Shown here: positions 20,601-29,991 of the stretch, one piece after another
How the letters are laid out: each line of letters opens with the position of its first letter
How positions within the stretch are numbered: the stretch's first letter is position 1
Origin: Psammoneis japonica
Lineage: Eukaryota
Length of the DNA stretch: 29,991 nucleotides
Reading direction: 5' to 3'
Assembly (NCBI GenBank): GCA_008632985.1
Contig: QPGO01000181.1
Coordinates: 124,001-153,991, forward strand
Notes under the pieces: model-generated
What the model was told of the DNA's origin: nothing
Databases searched by the model: none
Seen by the model: only the letters and a program-made list of their open reading frames with translations
Made by a program: the position numbers and the translations under genes

Positions 20601-21688
20601 TCACTGGTTCACAATGGCTGGGTGACAGTGCACAAAGCATGTGTGCACGCCAGCGATTGGTCGATCCCTGTTTTTCCCATCGCGGTACGTTGACGAATCT
20701 TGAAAGTACGGGACACCAGCGCTTTCCGGATGGGGGCTATCACAGCAGTGCCATTGTCTACAGCCAGAGCAGTGCCAATGTGTCTTGCAGTCACACAAAA
20801 TGCATCGTGCCAAAGCTCCACTCCCTTTCTTACTTCCGTCATTTTCATTTGCCCTGAACACAGGTGTGCCGCGACAACTCTTGAATCGCTTAGAAGGGAG
20901 CTATTCAGAACTGTCCTTTGGTTTTAGCAGAGCTTGTGGGTGGGAACGCTTGGGGGACTTTCCAGTTTCTTTTGCTACAAAATTGGTTGGCTCCTTTTGG
21001 ATTTCACCGCACAGCCACCCAGGCCGGGCCACTGGAGTTGCTGGCGATGGTGTGACGATCGTTGTAAAGGGTGAAGGAGTTCCGGCACAACTTGGGAGGT
21101 TTTGCTGGCTCATCTTCTTGAAAAAAAACTTTGACAATAGAAGGAGTGCTTTTCTGAAGCTCATCTTGTGCTTTGCATCGTCTCTGAAGTCGTGAAGGGA
21201 TTTGCACTCGTTGAGATCTTCCTTGGTGATAAACATGGTAGCGCCTTTGTGGATGCCGGACAGTGCTGTCATTTTCATGCGGTCATGTGCCTTAGCTCCA
21301 GCAGATGTGACAGGAATTGGGGCTGATTGGCTTTGGCAGCACTGGGTTTTGACGTCAGACCCATGCTTGGTGTTGTTCCAGTGCGCATCCTGCATGGGAA
21401 TAATCCTTTCACACAGTGGGAGTGGCAAGTGCTGAGGCTTCGTCAGTTCTTTCCAAAAGTACACTGATTTCATAAATGACTCACAGTCCACCTTTACTCA
21501 TGCAGTTTTCACAGCAGCCTTGAGCTCTTTGGTTGGAACGTCGACTCCCTCCTTGCACGCCCACTTCAACGCCGACTCATGCATGTCGTCAATGCACTTT
21601 TTGTAGTTTTCAAGGAACTCATCGGAGCACTCAATCACCACCATTGCTGTAAGGCCCACTCTGTCTCCAGTGGCAAGAATGACATGGT
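20601..21688 (-). pseudogene. 3' part of a piggyBac-like transposase relic with C-terminal Cys-rich domain
   Basis: One frame with two stops (21498, 20901); WNNTKHGSDVKTQ resembles the piggyBac YNxxKGGVDxxDQ motif; RCILCDCKTHWHCSGCRQWHC at the C-terminus. Confidence 0.6.
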
Positions 21689-21964
21689 TGACAGAAATTG
21701 AAGGCAAACGGCAAGAATTCAAACAACAACTCCTTGCTGCTGTCTAAATGGCAGATGAGTCTCCGCTCAGAGACCGTTGCAGGAGCCGAAAGATGTGTAA
21801 GTCGGCACAATCGGGCTACTGTCATTGTTCTTGTGAGCCTTGTGGCTCGAAAGCAAACTGCATCGCGCGCGAATGCATGGAACTAAAGCACACAAAACTG
21901 TGCGCGGTAAACTAAACAGCACGCGACATTTCACGCACACCTAAATCCTGTTCAAATCCTGTCA
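21689..21964 (-). repeat. 3' LTR of Copia copy 2 (276 bp)
   Basis: Reverse complement of the copy 1 LTR; preceded by the PPT on the minus strand. Confidence 0.95.
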
Positions 21965-22498
21965 CTCCCCAGTTTGCTTGAAGAGTCACAGAAACAGATT
22001 CGACTTTGGATTGACTAAAGAACCTTGGAGTCAAAGCACCAAAACATGAGGAGACAAGAAAGGATCAAGATCCTGGAGCAACGCTGCATTCTCCAAGTGG
22101 GTCATCTTGAGATGAGCTGCGTCTCCCCAATTGTAGATGCCGTTGTGCTTTTCAAAGCTCAAGGCACACTTGGGATCTTGTGGGATTCCACATCCGCACT
22201 TGCAATGGAAGGAGCAAAGCTTGGTCTGGTTGACAATGTTGAACGGCGGGGCAACATCGCAGGACAATGCAAACAAGTTGACATCGCCTTCACTTCCTGA
22301 GCGAAGGTCGTAAAGACTGATGGCCGTCTGTTGGTTCTTGGAACGGTCGCCACACTGGGTTGCTGCTAGAAAAACAGAGCAGTGCTCGTGCAGGGTGGCA
22401 TGGCGTTTGCACGACTCGGGGAACAGAGCAAGCATGAGTTCAAAGGCACAAGCGGTGGTCTTGTGTTCCACCAATCCGATCGCAAGCTCAGCTGCATC

Positions 22499-23422
22499 TC
22501 CTGAGAGACTGATCCAATTGGAGAAACGAGTCTCAAGGTGCAAGCCTTCAGGGATCGGATTGGAGCAAGACATCTTGTGGTGCAAGGCTGCAGATGTCTG
22601 ATTGGGGCAACCAGTCCCGTGCTGCAAGACTTCTGGGATCCAAAAGGACTTGCCAGTCTTGTGACACGAGCCTTCGGGGATCCAATCAGGAGGCCAAGTC
22701 TTGAGGTGTGAGACTTGGAGGATCCAATCAGGAGGCCGAGTCTCATGGCGCAAGACTTGAGGGATCCAATCCGAAGGCCCAGTCTCGAGGCACGAGACTT
22801 GAGGCATCCAATCAGGAGGCCTGGTCTCGAGGTACGAGACTTGGGGCATCCAATCAGGAGGCCTGGTCTCAAGGCACGAGACTTGGGGCATCCGATCAGG
22901 AGGCCCAGTCTCGATGTACGAGACTTGAGGCATCCGATCAGGAGGCCCAGTCTCGAGGTACGAGACTTGGGGGATCCAACCAGGAGGCCCAGTCTCGAGG
23001 CATGAGACGTGGAGAGTCCAGTTGGGAGGCCTGGTCTCAAGGCACGAGACTTGGGGCATCCGATCAGGAGGCCCAGTCTCGATGTACGAGACTTGAGGCA
23101 TCCGATCAGGAGGCCTAGTCTCGAGGTACGAGACTTGGGGGATCCGACCAGGAGGCCCAGTCTCGAGGCACGAGACTTGAGGCATCCAATCAGGGGGCCC
23201 AGTCTCGAGGTGCGAGACTTGGGACATCCAATCAGGAGACCTGGTCTCGAGGTACAAGACTTGGGGCATCCAATCAGGAGGCCCAGTCTCGAGGTACGAG
23301 ACTTGGGGCATCCAATCAGGAGGCCCAGTCTCAAGGTACGAGACTTGGGGCATCCAGTCAGGAGGCCTGGTCTTGAGGCACGAGACTTGGGGCATCCAAC
23401 CAGGAGGCCCAGTCTCGAGGCA
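22499..23422 (-). repeat. 42-bp minisatellite (~18 conserved + ~4 degenerate units) reading (Y/C/H)LETGPPDWMPQVS
   Basis: Unit gagacttggggcatccaatcaggaggcccagtctcgaggtac; two further units lie near 23575-23640. Confidence 0.95.
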
Positions 23423-23772
23423 CAATGCTTGGAGGATCCAAAGACAACGAAGCTGCTTGGATGTCCTGAACTCCCCATCTGATGAACCAGTTGAACTGTT
23501 GTGAACAGATTCAATGATGGGAAAAGGAGGCTCCCCATCAGGAGATGCGAGAAGCTATGAGACCAGGCCTCCTGTCAGGAGGCCTGGTCTCGAGGCACAA
23601 GACTTGGGGCATCCAACCAGGAGGCCCAGTCTCGAGGCACGATGCTTGGAGGATCCAAAGACAATGAAGCTGCTTGGATGTCCTGAACTCCCCATCTGAT
23701 AACCCAGTTGAACTGTTGTGAACAGATTCAATGATGGGAAAAGGAGGCTCCCCATCAGGAGATACGAGAAGC
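23357..23772. repeat. 199-bp direct duplication (23357-23555 / 23574-23772) with a fold-back palindrome at the junction
   Basis: 217-bp period; GAGACCAGGCCTCCT-gtc-AGGAGGCCTGGTCTC at 23559-23591. Confidence 0.9.
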
Positions 23773-23789
23773 AAGTTGTCATCTCCATC

Positions 23790-25166
23790 ACTTCCCAAAC
23801 GAAGGTCATGAAGGGTGACAGCGGTGGACACGTGGAGGTTGGCAGCACGTGGTTTGCGGGGAGGCAGACGAGAATGCTCAAGGATGATCGCCTTGGAGGA
23901 ATGGGGCAACAAATCCCAAATCCGTTGGTGGTCGGGGGGGAGACGTTTCCATTGGTCACCGGTGAGGCTGGGACCGCTGGTGTGGGCAGCGTTAGCCTGA
24001 AGGACGTCAATGTTGCTGTCGATGTCATAGAACACATCATCGGATGGTTCCTTGGAGCAGACGTGGTGTGCGCACATGGCATGTCGGGGAGCTCGAGGTG
24101 TCGTCTTGGGTTGAAACGCACTGTCGCATTGGGCCGCCGCAGAGAGGAGCAAGCCACAACATTGATCATGTGTGAGGCTCTTGCCACTCTGCGTGCGATG
24201 CTGATCAGCTTGGTTCTTGACGGCGCGGAGTTCCTCGACAGGATGTGCGGCATTCTCGAGCATGACGCGCTTCTGTCCTTCAGAGAAGTTGTCACTGGCC
24301 GGGATGAGTGCCTCGTACTTGCGCAACTGATCCTGCCAATGAAGGATGAACCCGTCGGTCAGACCTTTCCAAGCACCATCACCAAGACGTGCGGTGGCAA
24401 GGCACGTGAGCAAGGTGGAGGACTCGACAGATGCGCGGGTGGAGGCAAGCGCACACTCGGACAAGGCGCGGCAGACGGTCTGGGCATCAGAAGACCCCAC
24501 ATTTTCACGAATGAGAGCCTTGCCCTTGTCGGTGAGAAGGATGCGTTCGAAGACGGCGAACATGTGCTTTTGCTGTTCAGCAAAGAGCAGTTTGTCTTCG
24601 GGGCTGGTCGGTTTGTACGACGAGTCTAGAATGCACTCAACGTCTTGGGCACGGGCTTGTGCCACAAGTGAGGTGTGCCAAGTGTGCCACTGCTTGTCGG
24701 ATTTGAGAGCCGTGAAAGCGGTGGGGTCACGCTTGATGCCTCGCTTGAAGTCTCGCACTGGGTCGCGTGCCTTGGTCGGGTTGGTGACATGCGAAGGTGC
24801 GAGGGGCGAGCTGCCGACGGACACAGAAGACATGTGGTCGGGGCTGAGGCGGCAGGCAAGGAACTCCTCATGCGTGAACAACGAGGAGTCATTGGCAACG
24901 TCGAGGCCTTTGTGTGCTTTGACAATGTACAGACTAACTAGAGCTGCTAACATGTTCTTATAACCACGGGGCAAAGGGATCACATTAGTGCCGTTGTCGC
25001 ACTCAAGCCAGTCGATTTGGGACGGTATGAACGTGAACAGTTCTTGGCACGAGTCCGTGCCGTCATGGGTCAAAGCTAAACAAAGAGGGCTTCCAGCACC
25101 TTGGGCAAGCACGGTTCCAACAAAGTGCTCGAAACCATCGGTTTGTTGCTGACGAGTGAGAACCAT
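23790..25166 (-). pseudogene. Copia gag of copy 2 (frame open but hypermutated)
   Basis: ATG at 25166; colinear with 1200-2580; many expected Tyr positions read Cys/His. Confidence 0.85.
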
Positions 25167-25733
25167 GACAGACAAAAGCGATGTCAGGACAAGCGATTCT
25201 TGTTGGGAGGCGAAGGTAGACTTGAAACTTGGGTGAGAACAGACTTGACTTGAAACAGACTTGACTTGAAATCTTGAACTACCTTAAAATCAGAAGTCGC
25301 CGGGCTGTGCTATCCCGTTCATTGTCAAGTGCTAAACTTCCTATCCGGTCCGTAGAGTTGTGCCGGCACGTCCGAACCTGCAGCTGGTGGCGCTTTGGGT
25401 TGCTTGCGAGCGGAGTAGCGGGTTGTAAACCCCTGCAGGTAAGCTGACTAGAGGTGGACAAGACCCCCGAACCGTTCTTATTTTACATCGGTTGGATTTC
25501 CCGATCAGGCTGGCCAGTTGACGTAGGCGTCAGGCACTGTGGACAAATGAACAAACGCGGGAAAACACCCTCGCCCCAACGTAGGCTGCAATCACGGCTA
25601 CTTGCTCTCACAGTCGTCCTTGTGGACCTAGCAGAACTGCAGGGCACCAGTAGTCTGGGGTAGATCAGGTGCAATAGACTCGGCGTGCTTGTAGAGTGGC
25701 AGCAAAGCCGCAGTCCAAAAAAGTGGGTTCAAG

Positions 25734-25957
25734 TCCTTGGCCGTGAAGATGTGTGTGTGTGTATGTCTTCAGCGACGAAGATTTTTGAACATGTGGGGTT
25801 CTTGACCGTTAACCGTTGAATGGGCATATGAAGGGATGAGGATCAATCCTTGGCCATGAAGATGTGTGCATGTGTGTCTTCAGCGACGAAGATCCTTGAA
25901 CATGCAGGGTTCTTTACCGTTAACCGTTGAATGAGTGTTTCAAGGGATGAGGATCAA
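25734..25957. repeat. ~112-bp tandem duplication in the 5' UTR of Copia copy 2
   Basis: Units 25734-25846 and 25847-25957; only one full unit in copy 1 (~526-632). Confidence 0.85.
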
Positions 25958-26213
25958 GGATGGACTTGGACATGACCGTTGAATGTATGTCTTCAGTGAT
26001 AAAAGGTGGCACAATCAATCCAGACATCCAGCGGTGAGGAGACTTGACGGTGACGTTAACTTCCTGCCGATGCCTGGTGTTGAATGCGCGTAGACTTGCC
26101 CGATGTACGTAGAACACACACGGAGGTCCACGCAGAATTGAGAGCGTCATCGGTAAATCAACGACGACGATGGCGGTTGCTCAATGGGTTGACAATGAGC
26201 AAGACTGTTAATC

Positions 26214-26489
26214 TGACAGAAATTGAAGGCAAATGGCAAGAATTCAAACAGCAACTCCTTGCTGCTGTCTAAACAGCAGATGAGTCTCCACTCAGAGACC
26301 GTTGCAGGAGCCGAAAGACGTGCAAGTCGGCACAATCGGGCTACTGTCATCATTCTTGTGAGCCTTGTGGCTCGAAAGCAAATTACATCGCGTGCGAACG
26401 CGCGGAACTAAAGCACACAAAACTGTGCACGGTAAACCAAACAGCGCGTGACATGTCACGCGCACCCAAATCCTGTTCAAATCCTGTCA
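26214..26489 (-). repeat. 5' LTR of Copia copy 2 (276 bp)
   Basis: Matches the other three LTRs; followed by the PBS on the minus strand. Confidence 0.95.
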
Positions 26490-26870
26490 GTTGACTCCAA
26501 GAGTGCTTGCATGATGAGCACACTGTAGCGAGGAAGTTGTGGAGACAGAGGTGAGTCACTGCAACAATGACAGTTTCGAATTGCCATTCCGTTTAGCAGC
26601 TCACCTGCACTGCCTCCGAACGCTTGAGCACGAACTTGCGCAATTCAGGTGAATCACATGACACAACAGAAAAATTCACCAACTTGGGAGATGCGCTGAC
26701 GCTCCTTGGCGGCGGCAGCAGATTTGCAACGTGCCTTCATCTCAACAACCGCAACGATGCACTTGCCATCTATTGTGCCAGTGCAAAGGAAGTCTGGACT
26801 GTCCTTTTGATGAGGGCGATTTTGCTTCTGCAGCAGGCCGGCTCTGAAGAGATTATTTGCAACAAAGACT
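26490..26870 (-). pseudogene. YqaJ/lambda-exonuclease-like PD-(D/E)xK domain, upstream part of the 20601-21688 relic
   Basis: GLLQ...P...DSPDFL...VVEMKAR; intron 26523-26604 gives EAVQCAHHASTLGVN, which continues HVILATGD across the Copia insertion. Confidence 0.65.
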
Positions 26871-26981
26871 GACCCGTTTTCGAGTCTCACTCCTTCGCCG
26901 CTTGCAACGCCAAGAAAATCTTTTCCGCACTGTTCTTACAATTCTGCGAATGTTGGCATTGATTTTACCTGCGTGTTTTCA

Positions 26982-28850
26982 ATGCCAGGCTCTCCGCAGA
27001 ACTTCCGACCCACCATGGCATCTTCTTCCGTCGCCGACGGCAGCCACACCCCTCCTAAGAACAATGGTGACACCATGGCGGATGATGTTGCCCTTGATCA
27101 CGCATCCACCAAGCTTTCTTCCAAACCGAAAGAGCGACAATTCGAGGAGATTACTCTCCGTTTTGACATTCGTGGCCCAGAGGCGTCGTGCAAACCCATG
27201 ACCCTTGCTGCGGCTCACCTCCAAGTCTTACAACAGATTCTGTTTACATGCCAATCCGATGCAAGGATCTTTGACAACCACAACAACCGAATCACGAACA
27301 TCAACGTGGCCAAGTGGATTTCGTCCCTGCAGCATGAACATCATTTTGTGGTTTCAACAACTCGCAGCGGTGAAAAACGTCCCGTCACTCATCGACTTTG
27401 TCATCGCATCCTCACCAAGGTTCCTCTTAAAGAAATTCGTGCTCACCCTCACATTCAATCTGTTCTTGACTTGAACAATGTGGGCATGAAACGTCATCAT
27501 TGGAATGAATCTGTTGTTGATGCGGCCACTCCGGCATGCTGTGTTGCAACTCCATCCAAGCATGCACCAGTTGAAGAAGCCACCAAATTGTTCACAAAGG
27601 ATCTTGGCGAATTCAAGACCAAGATGCCACAATTCCGCTTGATTCTGACTGCCATTCATGCGGACAATGATCATTTGGCTCCTCCGATTCGTACAGTGAC
27701 CTGTGCCATTGAAGTGCAGCTTGGCGATTGCCGCACCGCGGGAAAAGCCCTTTTGCATGCGTCCAACAAGCTGCCAACTCACATTGTCCTGGCTAAGACT
27801 CGTCACTTGTCTCCCCTTGCCTTTTGCAATGCTGCAAAAAATTCAGGCCCGCCGCAATCAAGACACACATGTGGTCCCCTTGCTGCACACGAATCCCGAC
27901 CTGATGTTTTATTTCGAAAATCACATTAAAGCCATCAAGGGAGTCAAGGCAATTTACGCGACAAATGCCACCTCAGGACGTTACAACATTTTGGTCCAAA
28001 GAGCCAAGTTCAAAGCTGCCCGTGCCGCCATCTCTGCGTGTGTCATGGATGAAATTCCAAATGTTCCAGAAGAATCATGGCCTTCTGCTCCCTTTTCCAG
28101 ATCATCCCCAAGCATCTGGTGTGTTTGAAGAGCAATCCAATGCCAGCAAGTCCATTGTGTCAGCTGGCATTCGCAGCCTTGAATCATTGACTTTCTCGGA
28201 TGTTTCCCCATTGACCGACACCCAAGCACCCCGATCTGATCCTTCACACTTGACTCATCCGTCTGCTGGCAGAGGGGCCGGTCACGGTGGCATGCCTGGT
28301 TGCGGAACTGCACAGGGTTCTGCGGTCCCTCCACATGTTTTTACCCAGTCAAACGAGCACACTCCATCTTCCTTGCAACCTCTCCGATGTTCTTGCGGGA
28401 TGCAGGGACATCCTGGCATGCAGTCTCCTTCCTGCTCCTGTGCTCAAGCTACTCAGTCATCTACAAGTTCGTCTCTAACGTCCGTTCAGATGGCGGAAGT
28501 TCAACAGCAGCTGAATCAAATGAAGGCCAAGACTGACCAAGCCTTGGAGGAACTCCGTGCTCAACACTCAAAGGAGATTGAATCATTGCACAGTGCATTT
28601 TCCAAACAGCATGCAATGACATGGCAGCATTGCAAGATGCCAACACTGAACAGTTTTCCAGCATGCAGGACAAAATGAATCAGATGGTCACCATGCTCCA
28701 AGCATCTCAACATGCTTTGCCTCCAGCTCGGAAACAACACAACCACATGGAAACTCCAGAATGCTCCTATGATCACACGGACAAAGAGCAGGATTTTTAG
28801 CCAGGGGTTGGATCTCGCCATCTCCACCCCCTCAAACATTAAGGTGCCCT
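26982..28850 (+). pseudogene. LINE ORF1 remnant (frameshifted), with low-complexity and coiled-coil C-terminus
   Basis: Chained ORFs 26973-27929, 27703-28128 and 27965-28678; EVQQQLNQMKAKTDQALEELR; lies upstream of the endonuclease. Confidence 0.6.
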
Positions 28851-29149
28851 CCTGACATCCGTCCTCGAGTGTCTGCTCTGCTTGCTCTCTCTCACATTTT
28901 TTGTCGGACTTCCCGACATTGGACTTTCACCCTTCCTTCAAAGATCTACAACTCATCCATGCTCTCATCCTTCGGTTCAACCTGCTGGCAGCGCTGCAAG
29001 CCCCAGTCTTCTCTTCGGAGGAGCGTGGCCCAACCATGAGCAGCACTGTTTCAACAGACGCATCTTCTTCTACATGGCAGACTCTTTTGGATGGCAGATG
29101 GTTTCAACCTTCAGCCGGACGATGCATTGATTTCTCCTGACTGCAGACC

Positions 29150-29991
29150 AATGAGTCCGTTGGTGACCCTGTGAGGCCCAAGCTCTCACATCATGCCCGA
29201 CTGTGTGCCTTCAATGCAAACGGTGGCAAGTTCGACAAACGTGGAGGAGACTTTGCTGCGTGCTGTCAGATTACGAATGAGATGCAGGCTGACATTGTGG
29301 GCATGTGGAAGTTTGTTTGGACACTGCTCAGCATTCGGTTTTGTCGGTTTGCCGCTCAACGGTGACAAATTCCCTCCATCACGGCAGAGGCACCTTCTCT
29401 TGCAGCTCAACTCCTTTCTCTACACAATGTGGACCTGGTGGTGTGGCCTCATTATCATGCAATGCGGTGTCTGCTCGCTGCTGGTCTCAGGAGGCTGATC
29501 CGTTAGGCCATTGGTCTATCCAGACATTCGATGGCAGGAATGGCAGACAAGTCATGTTCATTTCATGCCACCGAGTTTGCACCAAAAATCAAACAAGGCC
29601 TGGGAAAACAACAGCACATGCTCAGCAGCTTCATCTTTTGCGTCAACAGGGCCACCAGCACCCAGACCCTCGTAAAGCATTCTGCACTGACTTGTCTCGT
29701 TTGTCACAAGAGTTTCTTTCAGATTCCAACCGTGAGGTTGTTGTTTTCGGAGACTTTAACACGGACTTCGTTATTGACACTGACTCTCTGTCTACTTTGG
29801 CCCAACGATTCAATCTTTCCAATGTGATGTTTTCTCTCACAGGCGACACAGCTTTTTCTACTTACACAAGGGGGTCAAAACGTTTGGATTTCGTTTTAGC
29901 TACTCCTGGTGCTTTGGCTGCTGCACGCTTTGGTGGCCATGAAGCCTTTGGATGTCGCATTACTTCGGATCATCACGCTTGCTTCGTGGAC
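29150..29991 (+). pseudogene. LINE ORF2 apurinic-like (EEP) endonuclease remnant
   Basis: AFNANG, ADIVGM.E, DPLG(H)WS, VVFGDFN, TYTRGSKRLDFVL and ITSDHHACFVD motifs across frameshifts. Confidence 0.85.

Larger units (their letters stand above)
21689..26489 (-). mobile_element. Ty1/Copia (CoDi-like) copy 2 of the same family, heavily deleted, with an internal minisatellite
   Basis: LTRs 26214-26489 and 21689-21964, same PBS and PPT, gag from 25166; only a short RT-start remnant (~22090-22240). Confidence 0.95.
26870..29991 (+). mobile_element. 5' part of a non-LTR retrotransposon (LINE, possibly Ambal-like), decayed; continues beyond the window
   Basis: ORF1-like region followed by an APE endonuclease; truncates the YqaJ relic near 26870 (boundary approximate). 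Confidence 0.8.

Noticed and set aside
22499..23640. CRISPR-like regular array
   Set aside because: Units are contiguous 42-bp repeats with no unique spacers, in a eukaryotic LTR element with no cas genes.
1..26489. One giant element bounded by long inverted repeats
   Set aside because: The inverted similarity comes from two independent Copia insertions, each with its own LTR pair, PBS and PPT; copy 2 interrupts a separate gene.

Overview
Eukaryotic genomic DNA, almost certainly from a diatom: it has a fucoxanthin-chlorophyll LHC gene with a bipartite plastid-targeting signal, short GT-AG introns and CoDi-type Copia elements. A ~3 kb island of two intact, convergent host genes (LHC 7602-8360; five-exon HExxH zinc metallopeptidase ~8728-10206) is embedded in nested, decayed transposons. 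These are two deleted copies of one Ty1/Copia family in opposite orientations, a PAT/DIRS-type tyrosine-recombinase retrotransposon with split direct repeats, two related MITEs, a piggyBac-like/YqaJ transposase relic, a probable Gypsy pol tail and the 5' part of a LINE. The most striking signal is mutational. Repeated DNA has had TpA converted to TpG/CpA (A>G on either strand, after insertion) alongside CpG decay, turning conserved Tyr into Cys/His, while the host genes are untouched. This looks like a 'reverse-RIP' repeat-directed hypermutation system. The YR retrotransposon also appears to carry a divergent C5-DNA-methyltransferase-like domain ahead of its RT. All counts and alignments were done by eye; family assignments rest on motif recognition, not database searches.
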